A DNA stretch of 36,401 bases from a virus (IMGVR_UViG_3300030376_004022:1-36401), one strand, 5' to 3'; positions 1-8,901 are shown, counted from the first letter of the stretch. Numbers and translations: made by a program. The notes: generated by a model not told the origin, from the letters alone.

Positions 1-9
1 CCCGCCACA
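1..9. repeat. 9-bp terminal direct repeat (CCCGCCACA), left copy; circular overlap
   Basis: Identical to 36393-36401; merging the two copies joins an ORF in frame. Confidence 0.85.
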
Positions 10-341
10 CGGCGCCATGCCGGCCCTCTCTGCCGCCTCACTGCCGAATGAGCCACTGCCCATACCAAACGAGCGTCATCGGCCTCCAGCAGCCTTGTAA
101 GCCGCAACGCCGCATCCCAGCGATCAACCTCACCCGCATCAGCCGGACTCGGTCGCACCTCAAACTCTCCATACCCATAAGCCAGCCCCGGATCAGGCAG
201 ATAAGTCGGCCAGGCGACACGATACTTCTTCCGCATCACTCCCGGCATCTTCCGCTCAGTCTCAGCGGCTTCAAAGAACAAACCAGCCAACCCATCGACA
301 TCGCCAACGTGCTGCCGCAAGGCTTCAAATTCACCCATCAT
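1..341 (-). CDS. DUF6362-like putative late transcription regulator, 5' part (continues across the junction at 36401-36317)
   Basis: Manual translation MMGEFEALRQHVGDVDGLAGLFFEAAETERKMPG...RGPAWRRVAG runs off the window start; absent from the ORF track because it is split. Confidence 0.75.
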   Translation of the reverse strand, partial: MMGEFEALRQHVGDVDGLAGLFFEAAETERKMPGVMRKKYRVAWPTYLPDPGLAYGYGEFEVRPSPADAGEVDRWDAALRLTRLLEADDARLVWAVAHSAVRRQRGPAWRRVA

Positions 342-500
342 TGCGCACCTTTCGCCAACGTACTAGCCACGTTTACTGCGCACCAAGTGCGCGCCAAATG
401 CGCAGCAAGCGCATTGGCGTGCGCGTGCGCAGTAAACTAGTACGGAATTTTTCTGCGCGCGCACTTTTTGCGCAGCTAATGCGCAGTAAGCGCGCAGTAA
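341..500. repeat. GCGCA/TGCGC-rich array with inverted repeats; candidate replication origin
   Basis: More than 10 GCGC-containing units; perfect 13-bp inverted repeat GTTTACTGCGCAC (371-383) / GTGCGCAGTAAAC (425-437); directly downstream of the primase-helicase. Confidence 0.6.
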
Positions 501-526
501 CAGACCAAAAACAAACACCCCAATGT

Positions 527-2572
527 TCACCCATTGTTCACCCCCGGCAGCTTGTCATAATCAACGAATAATCCTTCATCAGATCGCCGCCGAACTGGGT
601 TCTTATACTCATCTGAATACAGGACGCCGGACTGTTGCCACGCTCGAATGATGGTTTTTGCTGCGCCATCTGCGATGCCCATTTGCACCAGCACTGTGCC
701 GGCCCAGCGTGAGGCAGACCTTTGGGTCCAGGTGTAGCGTTGGCCGTCGTCCAACCCCTCGCCAATCAGCAGCAAAGCACGCCGCGCACCATCAACGCCC
801 AGCCCTTCGAATGGGTCAGGCGGCGCCCAGGGCGCTAAAACGCCAACATAATCGCCCTGCATTAACTCAACCGAATGCCGCTCAAACCACACGGCATCCT
901 TACTGGGTGCGCTCATATTGCCCTTGGCGTCATCGACGCGGACGTACCAGCCCTTGCGCTGCGGATCGATGTCAAACGCCTCTGCCTCTTTGTCTGACAT
1001 CGGTGTAATGGTCCGCGCCGATCGCACGGCACCGGCCAAAGCGCCGGCGCCTCGCGCAGTGTTGATATCTCCTGCTGTCGCAACAAACCCGGACGGCGGC
1101 TTGCGGGTGTGATGGACAAGATCAATGGCCGCACCGCAGCGTTTGGCTACATCAGCAAATACATCAAGCACCGCATCGATCTGCTTGTTGTCATTCTCTT
1201 CTGCGTAGTGTGCCTTCACCAACGGATCGACCTGGAGCAGCCCGATGTCCAGCCGCTGCATCTGTTCAATTACCTGCTCCGCGGCCACTGTCGGCGCCAC
1301 AATGCCGTCAGTTGGCTCGGCCACAATCATCTTGCAGTCGCGGCCACTGTCCAAGAACAGCCAGCCTTCAAGCTCCACAGGCGGAATATCAAACCGCTCG
1401 CATATGGCCCAGGCACGCCGCAGCAGCTCGTCGCGAGGATCTTCCAAGTTGTAATGCCACACACGAACCCGCTCCCGCACTGGAACGCCTAACAGGTCGC
1501 GCCCGGTCGCTAATGCAATGGCCTCAGTCAGTTCGAGCGTCGTCTTGCCCACGCCACCCGGCGAGACGGTAGCCGACACATAACCACGGATTAGATGCTT
1601 GCCATACAGCCACCGCCGCGGCTCAACGCCGCGCATGTCGGCAGCGGTGAACCCTGACGCCATAACGCGCACGATGCGAGTCTGGACCCCCTCCAAGACC
1701 GCCTCACGGCCCTCCGAAACCCACACGTCGTTCCAATCGGCACCAACCTCGTCCGGCATGACGATGTAGTCCGGCTTCGCCTTCCTCGCACCGTCCATGC
1801 CCGCACCGCTGGCGTCGTTATCAGCCGCGACAACGATCTCAGCGCGCGGCCACGCGGCCCGCAGTCCTTCCACCACCGGCGCCAGGTTGCCCGCATCAAA
1901 CGCGCACACTGCACACGCACCTGTCGCCTCATATACAGACGCCGCGGTCGAATAGCCTTCGGCGACATAGATCACGCCCTGCGGGCGCCCCAGCATGAAG
2001 AAGCCGCCCTTCTTACGTCCGCCGGCCAGAAACCGCTTCTCGCCGTCAGCCCCAATGGTCTGGTGCGAAATCACCTGCCCGGAACCATCGACAATCGGGA
2101 TCAGCAGCTTGTCGCCATCCAGCAGCAACCCGTGCGATCCGACCTGCTTGGCTACCAGGTAAGGATGATCGACCGCGAACTCTGCCGCAGCGATGTCCTG
2201 CTCCGCCTGGGCCGCTGCCTCAATGCGTCGCGCTTCGATCTCTGCCGCTTGGCGCTCACGCGCAAGCTGGATGTTGTGCTTCTCAACAATGGTTAGCGCG
2301 CCAGCCTCACGGCTGCACCATGTTTGCTGACCACGTCCTGCCTTCCATGAGCCGAACGACCCGTACAGGATGCCGTCCAACTCGGACAGCACATACCAGC
2401 CCGACGTATTCTTGCCGCGCGCCTCACCGTCCGCGACCCGGTGGATCTGGTCATCTGCCACTGCCACGCCAGCCAGGCGCAGACCGAACGCGGACGCCGC
2501 GTCCGTAAAGTCGCGCACCGCTTCCAACCCGCTTACCTGCGGGCGTATAATTATCTCAGGTATCGCGACCAC
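527..2572 (-). CDS. Primase-helicase (Toprim domain plus RepA/AAA_25-type helicase)
   Basis: Toprim motifs VAEGYSTA, AADND and DWND; Walker A SPGGVGKT; Walker B LLQVDP; VHHTRK and ARGAGAL motifs. Confidence 0.9.
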   Translation of the reverse strand: MVAIPEIIIRPQVSGLEAVRDFTDAASAFGLRLAGVAVADDQIHRVADGEARGKNTSGWYVLSELDGILYGSFGSWKAGRGQQTWCSREAGALTIVEKHNIQLARERQAAEIEARRIEAAAQAEQDIAAAEFAVDHPYLVAKQVGSHGLLLDGDKLLIPIVDGSGQVISHQTIGADGEKRFLAGGRKKGGFFMLGRPQGVIYVAEGYSTAASVYEATGACAVCAFDAGNLAPVVEGLRAAWPRAEIVVAADNDASGAGMDGARKAKPDYIVMPDEVGADWNDVWVSEGREAVLEGVQTRIVRVMASGFTAADMRGVEPRRWLYGKHLIRGYVSATVSPGGVGKTTLELTEAIALATGRDLLGVPVRERVRVWHYNLEDPRDELLRRAWAICERFDIPPVELEGWLFLDSGRDCKMIVAEPTDGIVAPTVAAEQVIEQMQRLDIGLLQVDPLVKAHYAEENDNKQIDAVLDVFADVAKRCGAAIDLVHHTRKPPSGFVATAGDINTARGAGALAGAVRSARTITPMSDKEAEAFDIDPQRKGWYVRVDDAKGNMSAPSKDAVWFERHSVELMQGDYVGVLAPWAPPDPFEGLGVDGARRALLLIGEGLDDGQRYTWTQRSASRWAGTVLVQMGIADGAAKTIIRAWQQSGVLYSDEYKNPVRRRSDEGLFVDYDKLPGVNNG

Positions 2573-4164
2573 TACAGCTTCTCCACGGCATCAATCCGCT
2601 GTCCGATCCAGCGCATCACATTGACCGCCATCGAATTGCCCAGCGCCTTGTACCGGGGACCATCAGGGCAGGCGTCAGCGTCCTTGCCGCGATACGGTAT
2701 CCGCGTCCAGTTATCAGGAAAGCCCTGCAGGCGTTCGCATTCGGTCGGCGTGAGGCGGCGCACAGACATATCTGGCTGCATCACACCGTCGTGCCTTCCG
2801 CCACCACCGCCACGCTGTACAGTGCCAGCGACATTTTCCGACGCTGTTAATTCTTCAGTCCAAGCAATCGGGTCGGCCACATAATCGCCGCCCTGGTTGC
2901 CGCCCACCGGCCCACCCGCCATGAGCGGCTGCGACACGTCAGTCTCGCGTGCCTTGTAGTCCTTGCCGCTGTTCATCGGCATGATGCTGTAAGCTGTCGG
3001 CACCAGCCCATGCTCATCACGAAACCCGGTGTGCGCGTCACCCTCTGATACCAGCGTCGGCGCTGTGTCAGGCACCAAGGGCGTGCCGCGCCCCGTGCCG
3101 TCCTCACTGGCATCAAAGCCTTCCGCGCGCAGGGCGTGAGTGACCGCCATATATGGCTGCTCATGCACCGTATTTAGCGTCGGCGCGACGTTCTCGCTAA
3201 ACGTCGCGTTCCATTGCCCATCGCTCGCGCAGATGATCTTATTAGCATTAACGTCAGGCACGAACATGCCGGCACCGTTCAGCGCGTGCTGGTCTTCAAG
3301 CCCCATTTTGTCGCCATACTTTGTATTTACCGTTGGCGAGACTTCGGCAGGCCAACTGGGTACAAGCGTGGCATCTTCATTTGGACTTTGTGCGTTGGAC
3401 GGGCTGGCGCCAAACGACGCCGCAACAGCTACCACCGCATCTTGCCCGCGCGTCTCGCCGGTGCGCTCCACCCCCCGGCCACTACTAACAAGAGCCGGAG
3501 AAACATCGTGCGTTATGTCGCCGGGGAACCCGCTACATTGGTTAGCGCCGACCGTAAGGCTGTCGGCAATTCTTTGCCGCGCTTCGCGGCGCGGCGCAAT
3601 ATGCCCTGACAGGCTTTCGCGCTCAAAAAGTACCGCTGCGGCACGCCTCCAGTCTCCAATATATCCGACAACGAACACACGCCGTCGTCGCTGGGGAACT
3701 GCTCTGGCAAAGCCGTCCACTCGGACGTACTGAGCGTCAAGAACTCGGTAGGCGAACCCATACCCGAGTTCTGCCAGCCCTCCGAGTATGGAACCAAAGT
3801 CCCGTCCTTGTCCTGACGACAGGACGCCGGGGACGTTCTCCCAGACCAGCCACTTGGGCCGCAGTCTCTGAGCCAATCTAAGATATTCGAGTGCCAGGTT
3901 GCCGCGGTCGTCATCCAGTCCGCCGCGGAGTCCTGCGATGGAGAAAGACTGGCAAGGTGTTCCTCCGACCAGAAGGTCGATTGGCTCATATTGGTTTTCC
4001 TCAATGGTTGTAAAATCGCCGTGCAGCGGCACGTCAGGAAACCGATGCGCCAGCACGGCGCACGGAAACTTGTCAATTTCAGAGACAAAAGCGGCAGACC
4101 AGCCCAGCGGCGCCCACCCCACGGATGCGGCTTCAATGCCGGAACAGACGGATCCGTAAATCAA
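2572..4164 (-). CDS. DNA (cytosine-5) methyltransferase with a long variable region
   Basis: Motif I variant SVCSGIEA, motif IV GGTPCQSFS, VI WENVPG, VIII QRRRRVF, IX RRLTPTECERLQGFP, X YKALGNS. Confidence 0.93.
   Translation of the reverse strand: MIYGSVCSGIEAASVGWAPLGWSAAFVSEIDKFPCAVLAHRFPDVPLHGDFTTIEENQYEPIDLLVGGTPCQSFSIAGLRGGLDDDRGNLALEYLRLAQRLRPKWLVWENVPGVLSSGQGRDFGSILGGLAELGYGFAYRVLDAQYVRVDGFARAVPQRRRRVFVVGYIGDWRRAAAVLFERESLSGHIAPRREARQRIADSLTVGANQCSGFPGDITHDVSPALVSSGRGVERTGETRGQDAVVAVAASFGASPSNAQSPNEDATLVPSWPAEVSPTVNTKYGDKMGLEDQHALNGAGMFVPDVNANKIICASDGQWNATFSENVAPTLNTVHEQPYMAVTHALRAEGFDASEDGTGRGTPLVPDTAPTLVSEGDAHTGFRDEHGLVPTAYSIMPMNSGKDYKARETDVSQPLMAGGPVGGNQGGDYVADPIAWTEELTASENVAGTVQRGGGGGRHDGVMQPDMSVRRLTPTECERLQGFPDNWTRIPYRGKDADACPDGPRYKALGNSMAVNVMRWIGQRIDAVEKL
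3513..3989 (-). CDS. Nested alternative-frame ORF inside the methyltransferase gene (M.EcoHK31I beta-like, 158 aa)
   Basis: ATG at 3989 with GAGGA Shine-Dalgarno upstream; WQNSGM...CSLSDILETGGVPQRYFLSAKACQGILRRAAKRGKELP resembles my recollection of the EcoHK31I beta polypeptide. Confidence 0.6.
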   Translation of the reverse strand: MSQSTFWSEEHLASLSPSQDSAADWMTTAATWHSNILDWLRDCGPSGWSGRTSPASCRQDKDGTLVPYSEGWQNSGMGSPTEFLTLSTSEWTALPEQFPSDDGVCSLSDILETGGVPQRYFLSAKACQGILRRAAKRGKELPTALRSALTNVAGSPAT

Positions 4165-4499
4165 AACGGAATATCGTCGTTTAACTCAGCCGCACGCCGG
4201 CCAGCGTTCAGTTCAGCCGACCGCCCAATCACCGACCGCAGAAACATCAGCCACTGACCCTTATCAAGCGCCCGCAGATCAGTGATCCCGATCGAGTCCA
4301 GATACTGCCCGCCGGACTTGCCGGCTTCCAAAATCATTTCGTTTTCTTCGTCCGTCCAATCCATCTTCTTCTCTCTCCAAATTTTCAAATGTTCCATCGA
4401 ACAGAACCAGCGATCAGGCCGGCTCACCCCAATAAGTCGCGGCGACCAGCCGAACCCGCGATCGGGTTTCCAGCACACCGCGCACAGGCCGTGCGTCAC
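4161..4499 (-). CDS. DUF6511-like phage protein with N-terminal Cys/His motif
   Basis: CAVC...FCSMEH and GGQYLDSIGITDL; GTG start overlaps the upstream stop. Confidence 0.65.
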   Translation of the reverse strand: MTHGLCAVCWKPDRGFGWSPRLIGVSRPDRWFCSMEHLKIWREKKMDWTDEENEMILEAGKSGGQYLDSIGITDLRALDKGQWLMFLRSVIGRSAELNAGRRAAELNDDIPF

Positions 4500-5293
4500 A
4501 CCCCACACATGCCCTCGCACTCCTCGTTAAAGAAGTTGAGTTGCCCCATGTCTTCCAGGTTGCGAAAGTCCACTTCGTCGAGCGGCTTGCATGAGCGGTG
4601 GACAAACTGCTGCTTGTTACCGCGCGTGCTTTTTCGGATGGCTTTATCAAAAGCCACGGCATCAACGAATGACGAAGGGTCGTTCAGTTTCATGTCTCGC
4701 CACTCGCGAGCGTTGTGAAACGGACAACCAATGCAGGCAGATTTTGCTAGAGGCCGCAGCGGGTATCGCTTCTCAAACCACCGCAAACAATCTTGGCGCG
4801 ACATTTCAGCGTCTATAAGCGGCCAAACATTTTCAATCCAAGCGTCCCGCGCTGGTTTCATCCGCATCGCTTCGTCGGTGCTGATACCAATCCATGTGCG
4901 GGCGACAACGCCTATACTGCGCTGGCCTTTTTTTAGGCCCAGCATTTCGCGCATCTTCAATCGGATTGGTTTGATTTTGTAATGGCTGGTGCATTCACGT
5001 CGACCGATCCCCTCAACGCCATTTTCAAGCGTAAAAAACGGAATAGGCTGAAAGTCTCCAAGCGATGGGGAGCCGCCAGCAATCGTGTCCGCGCGCAAAT
5101 CGCCCATCGTCACCCGGTAGACAGGAAACGGTAGCTGTGCCTCAAGCCAATCCAAATGCGCGTAAACTTCCGCTGGCTCCCACTGCGTATCAGCAAAGAT
5201 TGCGCAGTCGGGCATCGGCAACTCACCATGCGCGGCCATCAGCGCCATCACGCTGCTTTGCACACCCGCGCCAAGGCTAATCACATTCAACAT
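4496..5293 (-). CDS. PAPS-reductase-like adenine nucleotide alpha-hydrolase (PP-loop) protein, probably Fe-S binding
   Basis: SLGAGVQS PP-loop variant, FADTQWE, RECTSHYKIKPI, GISTDE, KSACIGCPF, C-terminal ECEGMC. Confidence 0.8.
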   Translation of the reverse strand: MLNVISLGAGVQSSVMALMAAHGELPMPDCAIFADTQWEPAEVYAHLDWLEAQLPFPVYRVTMGDLRADTIAGGSPSLGDFQPIPFFTLENGVEGIGRRECTSHYKIKPIRLKMREMLGLKKGQRSIGVVARTWIGISTDEAMRMKPARDAWIENVWPLIDAEMSRQDCLRWFEKRYPLRPLAKSACIGCPFHNAREWRDMKLNDPSSFVDAVAFDKAIRKSTRGNKQQFVHRSCKPLDEVDFRNLEDMGQLNFFNEECEGMCGV

Positions 5294-5442
5294 TCGTCAT
5301 CCTCAACCTCGCCCCATCCACCGCACCGCTCGCACTCCACGAAATAGACGTCGTACCCCTGCCACGGGTTGCCGTGGCTGTAGCCGCCGACCACGCGCTC
5401 GCGCTCGACCTCGCCCTCGCCATGACAATCAGGGCAAATCAC
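5287..5442 (-). CDS. Small zinc-finger protein with DnaJ-type CxxCxGxG repeats (51 aa)
   Basis: Manual translation VICPDCHGEGEV...ECERCGGWGEVEDDEC; overlaps both neighbours in operon style. Confidence 0.7.
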   Translation of the reverse strand: MICPDCHGEGEVERERVVGGYSHGNPWQGYDVYFVECERCGGWGEVEDDEC

Positions 5443-6317
5443 GCCATCGCCTCACGCTTTGAATAATCTTCGCAGCCCGCCGCCTGCTCGCCCGCGTCCA
5501 GATATTTTTCGTGCTTAGTGCAGAGCCATTGCGGCCCATCGACCGGCTTGGCGAACGAACAGGTGCGGCAGTTCCGCGCCACTGGCGCGCCTTCGTGGCA
5601 AATGTCCTTGTAATCGCACCACATGCAGTCGGGCGCCTTCGGAGTTTCCGCCACGCGCTCCGGTAGCTCGCCGACATTCTCGACCATCGACCGCATACGC
5701 TCGGCGAGATACTCGGCCTCATCGCGGACGAACTCGGTGCGGCAACTGTCCCAGTCGCGGCACCCTGCGGACGCAACCGTCGTCCAGTGCCGCTTGTAGC
5801 CGCCGTGCAGCATGTAAAGCTGGGCCTGCACCCAGTAGACAAAGTCCCACTGCCGCAACGTGGCCTTCTCGCCATCCTTCGCTTTGAGCTTGCGGAAGGC
5901 GTCAAACTTGCGCTGATTGACGACCTTGCATTCCCAAACGTGCGGCGTCTTTGGTGCCGCCGGATGGCCGTAAACGACGCCGTCCATGTGGCCCGCCACA
6001 TGCCCGCCCGCATCAACAACTTCAAACTGCCGGCCTGTTTCCGGGTCGCGGGTCAGCAGCGATGCGTCAGGCGCCGCTTGCAGCCGCGCTGCAATCACAT
6101 CTTCGCCACGATTACCGTCATCGATCGCGCACAATCCGCGCGCTGGTATGCTGCGCGGCGCGGCCCACAACCAGCCGTACCATTGCCGCCTTGGACAATA
6201 TCCGCCGCCGCTCATGCCGAGATGCAGTCTCGGCGGCTTCGCTGTCTCACGCCGCTCCATCTCCGCGTCAGCGGCTGCAAGCAGCCCGTCGCCCTCGTTT
6301 ATTTCAATCGCAACCAT
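5439..6317 (-). CDS. Cas4-like PD-(D/E)XK exonuclease (phage recombination)
   Basis: CPRRQWY, GHMDG, WECK, QAQLYM, CMWCDYKDIC Cys pattern plus an extra CRTC motif. Confidence 0.85.
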   Translation of the reverse strand: MVAIEINEGDGLLAAADAEMERRETAKPPRLHLGMSGGGYCPRRQWYGWLWAAPRSIPARGLCAIDDGNRGEDVIAARLQAAPDASLLTRDPETGRQFEVVDAGGHVAGHMDGVVYGHPAAPKTPHVWECKVVNQRKFDAFRKLKAKDGEKATLRQWDFVYWVQAQLYMLHGGYKRHWTTVASAGCRDWDSCRTEFVRDEAEYLAERMRSMVENVGELPERVAETPKAPDCMWCDYKDICHEGAPVARNCRTCSFAKPVDGPQWLCTKHEKYLDAGEQAAGCEDYSKREAMA

Positions 6318-6328
6318 GTCTTCTCCCG

Positions 6329-6356
6329 AAAAAGGGCGGGCGCCGAAGCGCCCGCC
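6329..6356 (-). terminator. Intrinsic terminator after the SSB gene
   Basis: GGCGGGCGC-TTCG-GCGCCCGCC followed by CTTTTT on the minus strand. Confidence 0.75.
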
Positions 6357-6368
6357 AGTTGAACCGCT

Positions 6369-6815
6369 TCAGCTGGCCCACGGCGCGGACGCCGGGGCAG
6401 GGGCTGGAGCGGGTGCTGCGGGGGAGACAGCCGCAGCGGGCGACGGGGAATCGGTCGTCGCCACATAGCCGAGAACTTCGTTGTAGTTGGGGTTGCGCTC
6501 TTGGATGCCAACGCGCACACGCACTCGGCGCGCTAGTAACTGATCAGTGTCATCGATCTTGGTCATGCCCAGCGCAGTACCGATCGCGCTCAACCGTTCC
6601 TTGGCAATCTCAACCGCCTTCGGGTTGGTGTGCCATAGGTTCAGATTGTCCCAGACCTTCCCCTTGTCGGTCTGAATTTCGAGAGACAGCATATTCGTGC
6701 CGCTCCGCGTTTCCTTGATGTCGCAGCCGACGATCTCGCCGTCGTACTCACCCGCCGGCAGCGGACCAAACGAAGACGGCTCGACCGCCTCAACCTCAAA
6801 ATTAAGCTCAACCAT
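6369..6815 (-). CDS. DUF669-type single-stranded DNA-binding protein
   Basis: PLPAGEYDGEI...VWDNLNL; Ala/Pro-rich tail ending APWAS; located between Sak4-like ATPase and exonuclease. Confidence 0.8.
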   Translation of the reverse strand: MVELNFEVEAVEPSSFGPLPAGEYDGEIVGCDIKETRSGTNMLSLEIQTDKGKVWDNLNLWHTNPKAVEIAKERLSAIGTALGMTKIDDTDQLLARRVRVRVGIQERNPNYNEVLGYVATTDSPSPAAAVSPAAPAPAPAPASAPWAS

Positions 6816-7560
6816 TCTTCTCATCCTTCTGTGTGATTGCGTTCATCAACGCCGCCCATTCGAGCGGCAGTTCTTCGGGGATTTGGTATCGGGTCTTAGC
6901 GACGAAGTTGGGCCGCGATGCACAGCGCAGGACGCGCTCGCCAGACCCAACGGCCTTGACCTTCTTCTGTCCGAACGACGATGTCGTTTCGCGTGTCGTC
7001 ATCTTGTGGTTGGCAAAACCGACGACGTCGCAGAACTCCGTGTACAAATCGGATGCGCGCTTGTGCAGCTTGATCTCGAACCGATCGAAGGCTTCGGTCG
7101 TCGGATCTTCAAACCGCTTGACTTGGCTATGCGCCAGCAGGACGCACGCCATGCCCTTTTCGCGCCGCAACTGCGTCAGCTTGCCAAGCAATGCCCGGTG
7201 CTGGGACAAGGCGGCGACGTATCCCTTGCCATACCCCATGTCCTCAATCGAATTGAGCTTGTTCTCTTCACAGACCGTCGCCCAGGTCAGCGCCTCAAAC
7301 CAATCAAGGCTGTCAATCGCGACGACCTTGTATTCGTGCTTCTCTTTGATCAGTTGATCCAGCGCAGCCATCACCGCGCCGGTGCTTTCGCACAGGTCAA
7401 AGCGGTCAACGCCGACAACGTCAGCGCCTTCCTCAGTCGGCACGAAGATCGCGTGCTTGCCGCTACCGGCTGCGAACGTCGTCTTGCCTACGCCCGGCGG
7501 GCCGTAGATCAGAATGCGGGGCGGCGCCATTGCCGTTCCGCTCGTTATGTTAAGAGTCAT
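6808..7560 (-). CDS. Sak4-like AAA_24 ATPase (recombinase)
   Basis: IYGPPGVGKTT, IDSLDW, GYGKGY, LLAH, AKTR. Confidence 0.85.
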   Translation of the reverse strand: MTLNITSGTAMAPPRILIYGPPGVGKTTFAAGSGKHAIFVPTEEGADVVGVDRFDLCESTGAVMAALDQLIKEKHEYKVVAIDSLDWFEALTWATVCEENKLNSIEDMGYGKGYVAALSQHRALLGKLTQLRREKGMACVLLAHSQVKRFEDPTTEAFDRFEIKLHKRASDLYTEFCDVVGFANHKMTTRETTSSFGQKKVKAVGSGERVLRCASRPNFVAKTRYQIPEELPLEWAALMNAITQKDEKNG

Positions 7561-7885
7561 CAGATTTTCCTTTCTCTCTCTTCAACAATTCCAAGACGAC
7601 GGCCTCGCGCAGCACCCACAGGCGCGGCGATCGATCAGCGCGCACAACCACGATGTCGGCGTCGTCCTGATCAAAGGCGTCCATAATTATTTTGAAGCCG
7701 TTCTTGCGGCGCTTGCATTCGATGCGCAGCCCTTCCACGACCACGTCGCCGGCAAACTCTTCGCCAAGCTGCTGTTTGAATGCGCCTGAACCGAAGATGC
7801 GTTTCGCTTCCAGCCCGGCAGCTTCGGCAGCCAGCACGACCTCGCGCTCTAACTCGTAGCCGCGCTGTTTGTTCCGCGCGCTCAT
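7550..7885 (-). CDS. Hjc-like Holliday junction resolvase
   Basis: KQRGYELEREV...GDVVV...IECKRR, a PD-(D/E)XK pattern. Confidence 0.75.
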   Translation of the reverse strand: MSARNKQRGYELEREVVLAAEAAGLEAKRIFGSGAFKQQLGEEFAGDVVVEGLRIECKRRKNGFKIIMDAFDQDDADIVVVRADRSPRLWVLREAVVLELLKREKGKSDDS

Positions 7886-8088
7886 TGCTGCGCCTGCATA
7901 TAGGCAAACTGGTGGTCGTCAGCCGTGACCTCGCCGCCGGTCTGGCGCATGATGTTGGCGGTAATCCGTGCGCCAGGGCGCATCCGCCCAATGGCGTAGT
8001 AGTAGACTGCGGGCCGGCTGCACTCGAACAACTCGGCGGCCGCGGTATAGGTCAGGTCGTTTTCGAGAAGGTAATCCCGGAGTAACAT
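7882..8088 (-). CDS. Cro-like HTH regulator
   Basis: 68-aa HTH (LTYTAAAELFECSRPAVYYY...RP...TGGEVTADD), divergent from the repressor. Confidence 0.8.
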   Translation of the reverse strand: MLLRDYLLENDLTYTAAAELFECSRPAVYYYAIGRMRPGARITANIMRQTGGEVTADDHQFAYMQAQQ

Positions 8089-8221
8089 TTTATCTCTTTT
8101 CCATTACGTTTCGTAACGTCAGAAAAGAGGTATCATTAAGTAACAAAGTCTGACAATATAAAAGTTATGCTACGTGAGAATGGTAATAAAATGTAGCATG
8201 AAAAAATAAAAGGTGAGACAA
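8089..8221. promoter_or_regulatory. Divergent cro/cI control region with candidate operators
   Basis: AT-rich spacer; CATTAC-N5-GTAAC at 8102-8117; ATGCTAC/GTAGCAT inverted repeat. Confidence 0.7.
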
Positions 8222-8836
8222 ATGGTCAACAATCGCATAGCGGAACTGGCCGCGCGGGCAGGGATAAAAATTCCCGAACTCGCAAAACGAATCCACATGA
8301 AGGCGGCAACGCTGCGCGTCTATACACGCGGCGAACGCGAACCGCGCCCTGCCCTGGCGGAGAAGATCGCCGAGGCGCTTGGTTGCACGGCCAACGAGGT
8401 GATGGGCTTTGATATGAACGGCGGACCACCACCGCGTGAGGCCGGCGACAATCAGATACCTCTGTATGGCAATGCCGCCGCCGGCATAGGCGCCGACGTC
8501 ACCGACGTCAGCAGCCCGGTCGAGTACATCGACCGCCACCCTGCGATGATGAGCAGCGCGGCTGGCTACGCCGTGTTCGTGATCGGCACGTCGATGGAGC
8601 CGCGTTTCCGTGAAGGTGAGATCGTTTACTGCCGACCGGGCAAGCCAGCGCGCCGAGGCGACGATGTCGTCGTCCAGCTTGAGGACGGCACGGGCCGCAG
8701 GGCCATCGTCAAAGAATATGTGTCGGCGGATGACACTGTCATTACACTACGCCAATACAATCCCGACAAAACGATAACGATTCCCCGTGATACGCTTGTT
8801 TCTGTCCATACGGTGTGCGGAACGACAATAGTGTAA
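8222..8836 (+). CDS. CI-like repressor (XRE HTH plus S24 autopeptidase)
   Basis: N-terminal HTH; Ala-Gly site (AAAG); catalytic GTSMEP and IVKE. Confidence 0.9.
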   Translation: MVNNRIAELAARAGIKIPELAKRIHMKAATLRVYTRGEREPRPALAEKIAEALGCTANEVMGFDMNGGPPPREAGDNQIPLYGNAAAGIGADVTDVSSPVEYIDRHPAMMSSAAGYAVFVIGTSMEPRFREGEIVYCRPGKPARRGDDVVVQLEDGTGRRAIVKEYVSADDTVITLRQYNPDKTITIPRDTLVSVHTVCGTTIV

Positions 8837-8843
8837 TTTTTTA

Positions 8844-8873
8844 TAGACAAACCGTAATGTCATAGATTACGCT
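8844..8873 (+). promoter_or_regulatory. Putative sigma70 promoter for the rightward early operon
   Basis: TAGACA-N18-TACGCT, overlapping GTAATGTCA...ATTAC. Confidence 0.45.
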
Positions 8874-8901
8874 TCCCTCTCGTTTTTTTTGGAGAGGGAA
8901 A

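Noticed and set aside
5439-6317. CRISPR-Cas system suggested by the Cas4-like gene
   Set aside because: No repeat-spacer array or other cas genes seen; the context (SSB, Sak4-like ATPase) indicates recombination
6697-7686. 329-aa plus-strand ORF, and the similar 379-aa ORF at 21981-23120
   Set aside because: Antisense shadows of well-supported minus-strand genes in GC-rich DNA, with no recognisable motifs
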